DNA from: Blastocatellia bacterium
Lineage (GTDB): Bacteria; Acidobacteriota; Blastocatellia; UBA7656
Length of the DNA: 64,000 nucleotides
Direction of reading: 5' to 3'
Assembly (NCBI GenBank): GCA_963765495.1
Contig: CAVXWP010000016.1
Span: 256,001 to 320,000, forward strand
Part shown: positions 45,157-55,451 of the stretch, in pieces
How the letters are laid out: every line of letters begins with the position of its first letter
Position numbering within the stretch: the stretch's first letter is position 1
Made by a program: the position numbers and the translations under genes
The notes under the pieces: generated by a model
The model's input: only the letters and a program-made list of their open reading frames with translations
What the model was told of the DNA's origin: nothing
Databases searched by the model: none

Positions 45157-45927
45157 TTAAGCCCCGTCGGGCGAACGGGTGGCGGCAAAAAGTATCCGCC
45201 GGAACGGATAAAAGACAGGGCCAAGCGGCCATCTGAGCCTGATCTGCTCGCGGTATCTTTCCATAAACAGCTCGGCCAGTTCATCCCCCATACGTGAAAA
45301 ATAAGGGACCATCGCGGCTCCCGCCATCCAGTCGGCCATCGCATCGGGGCCTTCAAGCACGTGCGGATAGACCTTTTCCATCACGGTCAAATCCTTGCCG
45401 CCGTGAGCGTAAAGCAATTCCGCGTATGCGGCTATTGAGAGCACGGGAGCCACCCGCACCCATCCGCCAAGCGCCTCTCGAAACGGCTCTTCACCCGCCA
45501 GTTTCGTCAAGAGGATATGCGCCGGATGTTTGTGATTCGACGGCTCTTGCACCGCGAGGCGTCCCCCCGGACTTACGAGCGAAAATAATTTCGGCACAAG
45601 CGAAGGGTGATCGTCTACCCAGTGGATTGCCGCGTGTGAAAACACGAGGTCATATTCGCCCTCGATCTCTTGCAGGTTGCCTTGCGCGAAAAGCAGGCCC
45701 GGGCGCGCGTACTGTTCGGCCTGGTCAAGCATCTGCGCTGATGTGTCGACGCCAAGGCAATCGCTTCCGGGCAGAAGATCGGCCAGACGGCGGGTCAGTT
45801 CTCCCGTCCCACAACCGAGATCGATGACGCGCATGTTCTCTCGAACCGTCACCATGCTCAAAAGGTCTTCAAACGGCGCGGAACGTTCATTTTGAAATTT
45901 ATGGTAGCATTCAGGATCCCAGGGCAT
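45157..45927 (-). CDS. tam: Trans-aconitate 2-methyltransferase-like SAM methyltransferase
   Basis: WDPECYHKFQNERSAPFEDLL, DLGCGTG, FSHAAIHWVDDH, YPFRRI. Confidence 0.82.
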   Translation of the reverse strand: MPWDPECYHKFQNERSAPFEDLLSMVTVRENMRVIDLGCGTGELTRRLADLLPGSDCLGVDTSAQMLDQAEQYARPGLLFAQGNLQEIEGEYDLVFSHAAIHWVDDHPSLVPKLFSLVSPGGRLAVQEPSNHKHPAHILLTKLAGEEPFREALGGWVRVAPVLSIAAYAELLYAHGGKDLTVMEKVYPHVLEGPDAMADWMAGAAMVPYFSRMGDELAELFMERYREQIRLRWPLGPVFYPFRRILFAATRSPDGA

Positions 45928-46194
45928 TTGTGATTCTCCTATTGATCAGATCCCGATAATTGAATCAGGGGTTGTTTTGATGCATCAGTTTTTCCGAACA
46001 TTCAATTCTACGTCACTCGCCCGGGTTCGTTCCAAACAATTGGAGAAATGATCGAGGGGACAGGAAAAACATTCTCGCGCCTGTAGCCTGTAACCTTTGA
46101 TCTGGTAGAATCAGTTTGTAAAGATGGCCATTGGCGTTATAGCAATACAGTCTGTAACATGGAATCAAAATCAACTTAAAAAGGATAGAAACGC

Positions 46195-47259
46195 ATGTGT
46201 AAGGATAAAACATTACAGCAAACGGCGGTTTTTGTTTTAGTTGCCGTTATGATTTTTATCCCCCTCGGGGGCGCAGGGGCGCAGGACAAAAAAGATGATC
46301 TTTATGCCAGCGGTCGCGAAGTGACGCTCGTCATCACCACTCACCCGCACAACGACCGGGCGCGCGAATACGCTGCACACCTTTCGGCCGAAGACTTCGC
46401 CGTATATGAAAAAGAGCGAAAGCAACAGATCATTTCGGTGAAACCGGCAGCAGAGATGCCGCCCATGCTGGCCGTCCTGATCCAGGATGATCTCGTGGCG
46501 CGCGTCAACAACGAGCTAAACGGCATCAAAACCTTTATTCGCGGCCTGCCGCAGGGTTCGCGTGTGATGACCGGCTATATCTCGGCCGGGTCTTTGAGGG
46601 TGGCAAAAGAGTTCTCCACAGACCTTGAGCGCGCCGCCGGTTCTCTGCACATCCTCCGCAGCAGCACGGCAGGCTCGCCTTTCAACCCGTATATAGAGGT
46701 GACCGAAGCGTTGCACAAATTCGATTCGCAGCCCAAAGGAAGGCGGATGATTCTGCTTGTTTCAGACGGGCTTGATAGTTCGCGCGGATTTCGCGCATCG
46801 AGTCCGGGGCTTTCGCCGGACCTTGACCGTTCGATTCGCGAGGCGCAACGTCGCGGGGTCTCGATCTTTACCATCTACTCGCCCTCGATTGGGCTGACCA
46901 GCATCAGTCGTATGGCGGCCAATTTCGGTCAAGGCTCGCTCAATCGTCTTTCGGACGAAACCGGGGGCGAATCCTTTAGCACCGGAATAGATTTCGTCTC
47001 GTTCGCGCCATACTTGAAGGAGTTCAAGGGGGCGCTTGATCGCCAGTATGTGCTCACCTATCGCAGTTCGAATACAGGCTCAGACTATCGCAAGATCAGA
47101 ATCTCAACCGAAACGGGTGTGCATCTACAATACATGGAAGGCTACAACCCTAAAGACAGCGATGTAGTCGAGGGTGAAGACGAAGACCATGATAAGGATC
47201 ACGACAAAGACCGCGATAAAGATCACGACAAGGATCACGACAGGGATCACGATAAATAA
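46195..47259 (+). CDS. VWA-domain exported protein with C-terminal (DHDK)n tail
   Basis: Signal peptide; EDFAVYE, ILLVSDGLD, LSDETGGESF, QYVLTY..S...YRKIRI; DHDKDHDKDRDKDHDKDHDRDHDK tail. Confidence 0.85.
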   Translation: MCKDKTLQQTAVFVLVAVMIFIPLGGAGAQDKKDDLYASGREVTLVITTHPHNDRAREYAAHLSAEDFAVYEKERKQQIISVKPAAEMPPMLAVLIQDDLVARVNNELNGIKTFIRGLPQGSRVMTGYISAGSLRVAKEFSTDLERAAGSLHILRSSTAGSPFNPYIEVTEALHKFDSQPKGRRMILLVSDGLDSSRGFRASSPGLSPDLDRSIREAQRRGVSIFTIYSPSIGLTSISRMAANFGQGSLNRLSDETGGESFSTGIDFVSFAPYLKEFKGALDRQYVLTYRSSNTGSDYRKIRISTETGVHLQYMEGYNPKDSDVVEGEDEDHDKDHDKDRDKDHDKDHDRDHDK

Positions 47260-47287
47260 GGCTGATAATTCGCGGGATTTTGGAGGC

Positions 47288-47327
47288 AACCCGGCTCACC
47301 GAAAAGAGATGTGAGCCGGGTTCTTTT
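47288..47327 (+). terminator. Rho-independent terminator between convergent genes
   Basis: AACCCGGCTCAC...GTGAGCCGGGTT followed by CTTTT. Confidence 0.8.
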
Positions 47328-47332
47328 GCGTC

Positions 47333-48565
47333 TCAGATGATGGCAAGCAGCATCTTTGGTTGCGAAAAGCTATGTCCGTCTTTTGAATTTCTGTAGAAGA
47401 GCAGCCCTTCGTCGCTGCCTATGATAGAACTGTCGATCCATACGATGTGAAGCTTGCCTTTCTTATCCACGACCATAGACGAACTGTGCGCGCGCCCCCT
47501 TGAGCGGTCGGCATTCGAAATCTGTTCGGGAGAAGAAAAGCTCTGGCCCGCATCCGTGGAGGTCAGCAGATAGACCTGTCTGAGCTTGCTCTGATCGTCA
47601 TTGTAAGAGATGTAGATGGTCTGTTGAAAGGTGGTCACAAAGACTTTATGAATGTCGGCGCCCGCATCCCCGGTCAGCTTTGTCGGCTCGGAAAAAGTTG
47701 CTCCCCCGTCGGTCGAGCGCGTGAAAAACACCTGAAGCCCGTCATCGGTTTCGCCTACCCAGGCGACGTTCAAACCACCCGAGCCATCGGCAGCGATGTG
47801 AGCTTCGGCGGCTGCGGCTGCGCCTTTTGAGAGCTGCGCCGGGGATGAGAATGTCGCGCCGCCATCGGTCGAGCGCGAATACATGATCGCGCTTGCGCCC
47901 GGCGCGGTATCTTCCCACACTATATTGATGGCATTCGAGGGATCAACTGCGATCTCCGGCTGAAACGCCTCACCCGACGAGCGGGAAATATCAACAGGGT
48001 CGGTAAAGGATTCGCCCAGATCGGTCGAGCGTACATACATAACTCGCCTGTGGAGGTCGTGGATTTCGCCCCAGGCGATGTTGAGCGATTCATTGGAATC
48101 AAGTGCCAGACGCGGATTGAATCTTCCGCCTTCATCTGGCGGAACCCGCGCGGGCGCTTTGAACTTCACTCCCTTTTTAGACTTTATCAGATAGACGCCG
48201 CTGCCCAGATTATCGTGAAATACCGTGTAAACACGCACTTTTCCGCTCTTGGTCACGGCAAGTGACGGGTTAAAATCTTCGCGCGGCGAATTTGACAGGT
48301 TACGTGTGGTCGGCGTGTTGTCCCAGGTTGCGCCCCCGTCAACCGATCTTGTGAAAAATATCTGGCTGTGCGGACTTGGCGGCACTCCCGTTGCGACCGA
48401 CATCATCAGATAGAGTTTGTTTTTCTTATCTACATCAATCGAAGGCTCGCGTTGCGCGCCGAAAAAGCCCTGCGCTTCGACACGATGAATCCGCGATGAG
48501 GCGCTTAACCACGTGAGCGAAAAGGTTGAGATTAATGCGAATATGAGAACGCTTCTTATTTTCAT
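47333..48565 (-). CDS. BNR/Asp-box (sialidase-like) beta-propeller protein, exported
   Basis: Repeated SxDGGxTF/W Asp boxes (SVDGGATW, STDLGESF, STDGGATF twice, STDAGQSF); signal peptide from MKIRS. Confidence 0.88.
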   Translation of the reverse strand: MKIRSVLIFALISTFSLTWLSASSRIHRVEAQGFFGAQREPSIDVDKKNKLYLMMSVATGVPPSPHSQIFFTRSVDGGATWDNTPTTRNLSNSPREDFNPSLAVTKSGKVRVYTVFHDNLGSGVYLIKSKKGVKFKAPARVPPDEGGRFNPRLALDSNESLNIAWGEIHDLHRRVMYVRSTDLGESFTDPVDISRSSGEAFQPEIAVDPSNAINIVWEDTAPGASAIMYSRSTDGGATFSSPAQLSKGAAAAAEAHIAADGSGGLNVAWVGETDDGLQVFFTRSTDGGATFSEPTKLTGDAGADIHKVFVTTFQQTIYISYNDDQSKLRQVYLLTSTDAGQSFSSPEQISNADRSRGRAHSSSMVVDKKGKLHIVWIDSSIIGSDEGLLFYRNSKDGHSFSQPKMLLAII

Positions 48566-48767
48566 AACCATCCCCGGCTGGAAAAGACTGCAAAACTGCA
48601 ATTAAGTTTGATTCACGCGGCGTCCGGCAAGTGGAGCAAACACGCCTCAACGATGTTACACGATGGCTCATAGCAGTTTCAACCGCTGCCGCTTTTCCAA
48701 AATTTGACAACGCATTGAAGCGCGTATCATACTCACCCTTTGAATTCATAAGGCAAGGTATTCAACT

Positions 48768-49691
48768 ATGACGGCCAGATTACTCGACGGCACAAACGTA
48801 GCCAGTCAGATAAAAGAGGAAGTGGCGAGCGAAGTCGCCCGCCTGGCCGGGCAGGGATTTGTGCCCGGGCTCGCTGCGGTTCTTGTCGGCAATGATCCGG
48901 CTTCCCATATCTATGTTTCGAGCAAAGTAAGAACCTGCGAGCAACTCGGCCTCTACTCCGAAAAGATCGAATTGCCCGATACGACTACTACGGAAGAGTT
49001 GCTGGCCCTGGTAGGCGATCTGAACGCGCGTCCGGACATTGACGGCATACTCGTTCAAATGCCGTTGCCCCCTCAGGTAGACGCTAACCTCGTGCTTGAC
49101 TCGGTTGATCCGGCCAAAGACGTAGACGGTTTCCACCCGGTCAACGTGGGCCGACTGGCACTGGGCGAGCCGGGGCTGCGGCCCTGCACGCCCGCAGGCA
49201 TTATCGAAATGCTCGACCGTTACGGGATCGAGATAGCAGGTGCGCGAGCCGTGGTGATAGGCCGCAGCCGCATTGTCGGGCTGCCGATGTCGTTGCTTCT
49301 CCTTCATCGCCACGCGACCGTGACCATTTGCCATTCGCGCACGGCGGAACTTGCCTCGGTCGCGCGTGAGGCCGACATACTGATTGCAGCCATCGGGCGA
49401 CAGGCGATGGTTGACGGCTCTTTCATCAAAGAGGGCGCTACGGTCATTGATGTCGGCATGAATAAAGTGACCGAAGAGAGGGATCTCGAAAGACTATTTG
49501 GCGACAACCCGAAGAAACGCGCGGCGTTTGAAAAACAGGGCTACACACTGGTGGGCGACGTAAATCCGCGTGAGGCGATGGAGGTGGCCGGCTTCCTGAC
49601 ACCTGTGCCGGGTGGGGTCGGCCCGTTAACCATAGCGATGCTTATGAAGAACACGCTCGCGGCAATGAAGATGCGGCGAAGATGCGGCTAA
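48768..49691 (+). CDS. folD: Bifunctional methylenetetrahydrofolate dehydrogenase/cyclohydrolase
   Basis: YVSSK, KDVDGFHP, PCTPAG, GRSRIVG, TPVPGGVGPLT. Confidence 0.97.
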   Translation: MTARLLDGTNVASQIKEEVASEVARLAGQGFVPGLAAVLVGNDPASHIYVSSKVRTCEQLGLYSEKIELPDTTTTEELLALVGDLNARPDIDGILVQMPLPPQVDANLVLDSVDPAKDVDGFHPVNVGRLALGEPGLRPCTPAGIIEMLDRYGIEIAGARAVVIGRSRIVGLPMSLLLLHRHATVTICHSRTAELASVAREADILIAAIGRQAMVDGSFIKEGATVIDVGMNKVTEERDLERLFGDNPKKRAAFEKQGYTLVGDVNPREAMEVAGFLTPVPGGVGPLTIAMLMKNTLAAMKMRRRCG

Positions 49692-49809
49692 TAGACAGCT
49701 AACAAACAGAGAGCAGGCGGCCCGGCCAGCATTGAAAGTAGCGATTAATCCGGACACGGGATTCGATTTATCGTCTCTCTTCGGGCAAGATTAATACGTA
49801 ATATCCGGC

Positions 49810-49837
49810 TTGCCCTGCTGCCGTTTTCGGATATAAT
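49810..49837 (+). promoter_or_regulatory. Putative sigma70 promoter of the spt-like/fabF/acp cluster
   Basis: TTGCCC-N16-TATAAT. Confidence 0.45.
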
Positions 49838-49919
49838 ACCCCGCATCGCCGGGAGTTTAAGAAGCTCGGCAAGTCCTATTGCGCTAGCAGCAGAAGTTAT
49901 TCGGGCGAGGAAATGCGGC

Positions 49920-51134
49920 ATGCAGCAACAATCGCGCGTCGGCGCGAAAGACTTATTCGAAAAGGCTGTTGGTTTTACGAAGGCTGACGAGTTCCGCCGG
50001 GCAGGACTCTACCCATACTTCACGGAGTTTTCCGGGGCGTCGGATGCAGGCGAGGCCGAAATCAGCATGGGCGACCGCCCGATCCTCATGTTCGGTTCGA
50101 ACAACTACATGGGTCTCACAACAAACCCGGAGGTCAAGCAGGCGGCTCGGGAGGCCATCGAAAAATACGGCACGGGATGTTCAGGCTCGCGCATGCTCAA
50201 CGGCACTATGGATTTGCATGTGCGGCTTGAAGAGGCGCTCGCTCGCTTCATGAAACGCGAGTCGGCCTTAGTATTCGGCACGGGGTTTCAGACCAATTTC
50301 GGCACTCTTTCAACCATCGCCCAAAAGGGCGACTGCATTATCGCCGACCGCAGCATACACGCTTCGTTGCTGGACGGGTCGCTTGCGGCCTTTGCGCGTA
50401 CGCTCCGTTTTCGCCATAACGATATGGAAGACCTCGAAAATATCCTTTCGAGTCTTGCGCCCGATGAAGGCCGCTTGATAGTCGTTGACGGCGTCTTTTC
50501 CATGGAAGGCGACACGGCCAATCTGCCGGAGATAACCAGACTGGCCCGCCGCTATCAGGCGCGCGTCTATGTGGATGAAGCGCATGCCATCGGAGTGCTT
50601 GGCGAAAACGGTCGCGGTACGGCAGAGCATTACGCGGTTGAAAGCGACGTTGATATAGTGATGGGGACGTTTTCGAAATCGCTCGCCTCCATAGGCGGTT
50701 TTATTGCGGCGCGCCGCGATGTCATAGAGTTTATAAAACATCACAGCCGCGCCTTCGTCTATTCCGCTTCGCTTGCGCCCGCAAACGCGGCAGCCGTGCT
50801 GAAGGCGCTTGAGATAATAGAGCGCGAACCCGACCGTCGCAGTCGGCTGCTTGAGATGAGCGCGAAGCTGCGCCTGGAATTATCAAACCTCGGTTTTCGA
50901 CTGCTCGAAGGCATTACTCCCATTATCCCCGTCGTCGTCGATGACGAAAGGCTGGTGTGCAGATTCTTCTGGGAACTTATGAGCGAAGGAATATATACCA
51001 ATCCCGTGCTGGCTCCCGCCGTCGCGCACTCGCTTGTGCGTATAAGCTGTATGGTCACGCACACCGATCAGCACATCGAGCACCTGCTCGAATCGATGTA
51101 TCGCATAGGCAAAAAGCTGGAGATAATCAGTTAG
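49920..51134 (+). CDS. Alpha-oxoamine synthase, serine palmitoyltransferase-like
   Basis: LYPYF, MFGSNNYMGL, YGTGCSGSRMLNGT, DEAH, GTFSKSLASIGG (PLP Lys). Confidence 0.85.
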   Translation: MQQQSRVGAKDLFEKAVGFTKADEFRRAGLYPYFTEFSGASDAGEAEISMGDRPILMFGSNNYMGLTTNPEVKQAAREAIEKYGTGCSGSRMLNGTMDLHVRLEEALARFMKRESALVFGTGFQTNFGTLSTIAQKGDCIIADRSIHASLLDGSLAAFARTLRFRHNDMEDLENILSSLAPDEGRLIVVDGVFSMEGDTANLPEITRLARRYQARVYVDEAHAIGVLGENGRGTAEHYAVESDVDIVMGTFSKSLASIGGFIAARRDVIEFIKHHSRAFVYSASLAPANAAAVLKALEIIEREPDRRSRLLEMSAKLRLELSNLGFRLLEGITPIIPVVVDDERLVCRFFWELMSEGIYTNPVLAPAVAHSLVRISCMVTHTDQHIEHLLESMYRIGKKLEIIS

Positions 51135-51259
51135 GGATGAGGGATGAGGGATGAGGGATGAAAAAGACTTTTACGTCACATCTCGATAAAAGCGGCTGGG
51201 GGTTTTCGGTAAAACTCCTTATAGTTCTTTTCATCCCTCATCCCTCATCCCTCATCCCT
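51134..51259. repeat. (GGGATGA)n ... (TCATCCC)n heptamer palindromic element
   Basis: About four perfect units per arm between the spt-like gene and fabF. Confidence 0.88.
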
Positions 51260-51265
51260 TAAATT

Positions 51266-52516
51266 ATGTCAGTCAATCGGGTTGCAGTAACCGGGATAGG
51301 TGTTATCGCGCCTGTGGGCGTTGGGCGCAAATCTGTCTGGTCGGCGCTCGTCGAGGGCAAAAGCGGCATCTCTGCCATAGAGCATTTCGACACGTCGAAT
51401 CTGAAGACTACAATCGCGGGCATCTGCCGCGATTTTCACCCGCACGACTTTTTCGACGAGCGCGAATTGTCGCGCATGGATCGCGTCTCTCAACTTGCGG
51501 TCGCAGCAGCAGGCATGGCCTCATCAGACGCGGGGCTCGGCGATGAAGAGATCAGCGGTTACGATACGGGCGTAATACTCGGCACAGGCTTTGGCGGTCA
51601 GGCATCTATCGAAGACTACTGCGGCGCGTTCTTTTCAGCCGGGCAGGGACGGCGCTCGGCCATAGCCATTCCTAAATCAATGTATAACGCCCCGACCTCA
51701 AACATTGCCATTCGCCTGAAGGCGCGAGGCCCGAACGTAACGGTGACCACGGCCTGTTCGTCGGGCGCAAACGCCATCGGCCAGGCATTTCATCTTGTGC
51801 GCTACGGTCACGCCGAGCGTATGATTGCAGGCGGAGCCGATGCGCCGATAACCCCCGTGGTGATGGATGCGTGGAAAGAGATGCGAGTGCTTTCGACAAA
51901 GAATGACCCTCCCGAACGCGCTTGCAAACCCTTCAGCGCCAATCGCGACGGGTTCATCCTTTCCGAAGGCGCAGGGATAGTGATCCTTGAAAACCTCGAC
52001 ACCGCACTAGCGCGCGGCGCTCACATCTACGCAGAGGTGGTGGGGTATGCCTCGACCGCCGATGCTTCCCACATCACTTTCCCCGATCCCGACGGCGAAT
52101 CCCAAGCGATTTTGAGGGCGCTCGGGGACGCGGGACTGCGGCCCGAAGAGGTTGATTACATCAATGCGCACGGGACGGCCACGAAATTCAATGATGTGTC
52201 AGAGACCGAAGCCATAAAGCGAGTCTTCGGAGAGTTGGCTTACGAGATTCCCATCAGCTCGATCAAATCCATGCTGGGGCACCCTATGGGCGCGGCTGGC
52301 GCGCTTGAATTTATCGCAACCGTCCTGTCGGTCGAGACCGGGCAAGCGCCTCCGACCATAAATTACGAAGAGCCCGACCCGCAATGCGACCTCGATTATG
52401 TGACGGAAGGAAAACGGCAGATCGGGCGGCGCGGCAAGCGGATTACGGCTATTTCGAACTCATTCGGATTTGGCGGCAACAACGCGGTTCTGGCAGCGCG
52501 CGAGTATAAAGAGTAA
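51266..52516 (+). CDS. fabF: Beta-ketoacyl-ACP synthase II
   Basis: TACSSG catalytic Cys, NAHGT, KSMLGH, SNSFGFGG. Confidence 0.93.
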   Translation: MSVNRVAVTGIGVIAPVGVGRKSVWSALVEGKSGISAIEHFDTSNLKTTIAGICRDFHPHDFFDERELSRMDRVSQLAVAAAGMASSDAGLGDEEISGYDTGVILGTGFGGQASIEDYCGAFFSAGQGRRSAIAIPKSMYNAPTSNIAIRLKARGPNVTVTTACSSGANAIGQAFHLVRYGHAERMIAGGADAPITPVVMDAWKEMRVLSTKNDPPERACKPFSANRDGFILSEGAGIVILENLDTALARGAHIYAEVVGYASTADASHITFPDPDGESQAILRALGDAGLRPEEVDYINAHGTATKFNDVSETEAIKRVFGELAYEIPISSIKSMLGHPMGAAGALEFIATVLSVETGQAPPTINYEEPDPQCDLDYVTEGKRQIGRRGKRITAISNSFGFGGNNAVLAAREYKE

Positions 52517-52569
52517 AGTTAGTCGATAGGCGCGTGCGAGCGAGATATTTCAGAAGAGGTTAGTGGAAA

Positions 52570-52827
52570 ATGTTTAGAGAAGTCGTCGAGCCAGTCGAGG
52601 ATGTTGTTAAGAACATAATCGTCGCCGAGTTGAGAGTGGACCGTTCGCAACTCGGCCCCGACACTCATCTGATGCGAGACCTCGGAGCAGATTCGCTTGA
52701 TGCGCTCAACATCGCTTTGCGCCTTGAAGAAGCGTTTAAGATAAAGATACCTGACGAAGCCATCCCGGGGTTTTTAACCGTCGGCGATATAATCAACGGA
52801 GTGAGCGAGCATCTCGCTCTTCGATAA
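52570..52827 (+). CDS. acpP: Acyl carrier protein
   Basis: DLGADSLD phosphopantetheine site; LEEAFKIKIPDE. Confidence 0.9.
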   Translation: MFREVVEPVEDVVKNIIVAELRVDRSQLGPDTHLMRDLGADSLDALNIALRLEEAFKIKIPDEAIPGFLTVGDIINGVSEHLALR

Positions 52828-52903
52828 TCTTCCAAATCAAGCCGCTAATTCAATTCGCAAGCGATTAATACAAATGACCTTGAACAAAGAGCACACAGTA
52901 ATA

Positions 52904-52987
52904 GGCCACGGATGACACGGGTCGGGCGGATAAACACGGATTTGACCATATGTGATCTGATCCGCGAAAATCCGTCGCATCTGTAGC
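52904..52987. repeat. CCACGGAT palindromic element, copy 2
   Basis: GCCACGGATGACACGG...ACACGGAT...ATCCGCG...ATCCGT. Confidence 0.65.
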
Positions 52988-53010
52988 CTGTTTCTTCTCA
53001 CCCTACTCGT

Positions 53011-55284
53011 ATGAAACCCTCTCAGGCAAAGAAAAACGATTCGAGCGACGCTCGCAACAGTCGGTTTGAGCACGCGGGTTTCTGGTTGAGCCTTTCGCTT
53101 GTCGTTCTTGTGCCACTGGCTTTCAGCACAGCGGTCTATAATATATTCTCTCTCCCTAAATTTGCGCTCCTGCTCACAGGGTCATCCTTGCTCATCCCCG
53201 CGCTTGCCTGGAACGCGCGCAGGACTTCCTTTGAGCGGCTCAAGTCAAGACACGCGTTGATAGTTTCGCTTTACGTGATCGCCATAGCGATTTCAACCCT
53301 GTTTGGCGTAGCTCCGCGAGCATCACTGTTTGGGAGCAATTATGGCCGTATGGGTTTGATTACTCACCTGAGTTTCTTCTTATGCTTTATCGCCCTGGTC
53401 ACAGGAATAGGCACAAGCGAAAAGCGGTTGTTTCTGGTGCTTCGGGCTATGGCGGTGACAGGATTTATAGTTGCTGCCTATGGCTTTATTCAATTTTTCG
53501 GCCACGACGTTTTTCTCTCTCCTGACCTGTACACGCTCGCCTCAGAGGCGGGGCCGGTGCTGCGCGTAGCAGGCACGCTCGGGCACGCCAATTATCTGGG
53601 CAATTTCCTGCTCTACACGACTCCACTGACGGCGGGGCTGGCAATGGTTTCGAGCGGCTCGGCGCGACGACTGGCGATAACCGCATCGGTGGTGTCGGTT
53701 ATCGCCATCGCCTTCAGCGGCACACGCGGCGCGTGGCTTGGCATCCTTGCTGCCGCGATCACATTCGCGGGGCTGGAACTTTACGGGCGATCTGGTGATC
53801 TGTTGCGAACGCGCAGGCGGGCGCTGGTAAAGCGAGCGGGGCTTACCCTCATCGCGATCACGGCGCTTGTTGCGATCATCACTTTGAATCCGGCCTCGCG
53901 CAACATAACCGCGCGCGCGCGCCAGTTCATGTCGGACGGGTTTACGGGCGCGGGGCGTACGTTGCTGTGGCGCGACTCGCTCAGGATGGTGCCGCGCTAC
54001 GGCCTCACGGGTTGCGGCCCCGAAGGCTTTCGCAAGGCATTTCTCGCCTACAAATCGGAAGATCTTGCTCTGTATTCCCCGCTCACAAACAACGAAAGCT
54101 CGCACAATTCATATCTCGACGCGGCGATCTCTTTCGGATTGCCGGGCGCTATCGCATACATCGCAATCATCGCGTCTATATTCGCGCTTTTAATCCGGGT
54201 TCGGCGTCGTTTCGCCAGCCGCAGGATGAAGGTTATCGCCACGGGGCTGCTGTCATCAATCGCCGCCGTCGCAGTGCACAACTTCTTCATATTCGACCAG
54301 ATCTCTACGGGGCTGTACTTCTACGCACTGGCCGCGCTCGCCCTGGCCTCGGCCAATCTGGCGGCAAATCGCGAGACGAGCGCGAGCCGAAATCAGGCAT
54401 CAAAGGGAGAGATGGAGAGAGCAAGTTTCACGCCAGCAAAGACGGTTTTTACGTTTGTGGGCCTGTTGGTTGCGGTTATGAGCGGGTGGTATGTGTGGTC
54501 ACTCGTGAGGGCTGATGCGGCAATAAAACAGGCCTTTGAGGCGGCAAACGCGGGAGACTCTGACCGAGTGGCAAGCCTTGCGAGTCAAGCTACCGGAGCA
54601 ATTGATCCGACGAGTGCGTATGATTTCTTGTTTGCCCGCGCCCTGATGCTTTCGGCCGATCAGATGGAAGCGTCCGGCGAGACGCGAGACGAGATCATCA
54701 AGCTCGCGATGAGGCACGCCGAAAAATCATTGCCCTACACGCTGATGCCGGATTCCGACTCCCTGCTTCTGGCATATCTCGCTTTGCAGATTGGCGATGT
54801 TGAGCGACTCGGCGTTTACGCCGAAGAAGCCATGAAGTGGGACCCGAATTTCTCTAACACACACTGGCTGATGGCCGAATCTCTCCTTGCCAGAGGCGAA
54901 AACGAACGCGCCGCAATCGAAGCCCGACGGGCGCTACATCTATTCCCCGGCGCGCTTGAGGCCAGAGGGGCGCTAAAGCGTGCGCGCAAGGATGCTCCTA
55001 CCAAGAAGAGAAATATTGAAGAGATGCTCGCGCACGCCATAGCCCTTCGCGATAGCGGTAAACCGCAAAAGGCGAAGAAGGTTCTTCGCCGCGCCATACG
55101 CCGTTCAGGGGGAACCTGCCCCGCGTGTCACCGTGCGCTTGCGCAGGTTTATGAATCCGACAGGGATTATGAGAAGGCAATAGCCGAATGGGAAGCGTTT
55201 ATAAAAGAGACGACCGACCGCGAGGATGCCGGCCATGCTTTATTGCGGGTGGAGTCTCTAAGGCAAAAACTCCTTCCCAAATAA
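53011..55284 (+). CDS. O-antigen ligase (Wzy_C) family membrane protein with C-terminal TPRs
   Basis: GTLGHANYLG, SGTRGAWLG, R..LW, G.GPEGF, SHNSYLD motifs; TPR tail. Confidence 0.88.
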   Translation: MKPSQAKKNDSSDARNSRFEHAGFWLSLSLVVLVPLAFSTAVYNIFSLPKFALLLTGSSLLIPALAWNARRTSFERLKSRHALIVSLYVIAIAISTLFGVAPRASLFGSNYGRMGLITHLSFFLCFIALVTGIGTSEKRLFLVLRAMAVTGFIVAAYGFIQFFGHDVFLSPDLYTLASEAGPVLRVAGTLGHANYLGNFLLYTTPLTAGLAMVSSGSARRLAITASVVSVIAIAFSGTRGAWLGILAAAITFAGLELYGRSGDLLRTRRRALVKRAGLTLIAITALVAIITLNPASRNITARARQFMSDGFTGAGRTLLWRDSLRMVPRYGLTGCGPEGFRKAFLAYKSEDLALYSPLTNNESSHNSYLDAAISFGLPGAIAYIAIIASIFALLIRVRRRFASRRMKVIATGLLSSIAAVAVHNFFIFDQISTGLYFYALAALALASANLAANRETSASRNQASKGEMERASFTPAKTVFTFVGLLVAVMSGWYVWSLVRADAAIKQAFEAANAGDSDRVASLASQATGAIDPTSAYDFLFARALMLSADQMEASGETRDEIIKLAMRHAEKSLPYTLMPDSDSLLLAYLALQIGDVERLGVYAEEAMKWDPNFSNTHWLMAESLLARGENERAAIEARRALHLFPGALEARGALKRARKDAPTKKRNIEEMLAHAIALRDSGKPQKAKKVLRRAIRRSGGTCPACHRALAQVYESDRDYEKAIAEWEAFIKETTDREDAGHALLRVESLRQKLLPK

Positions 55285-55451
55285 CGCCTCAAAAAAATAA
55301 CTACTCAAAAAAGTTCGAGCGCGCAGCTAAACACATACGCGCTCAAATAATCTATTTGATCTTTACGATTCCCGCGTCCTGCCCGACGAGAGCGGTTTTT
55401 TCTACCGGCCAAAAGATCGGCAGGTTCCATTCCCGATTCTATCGGCTGGTT

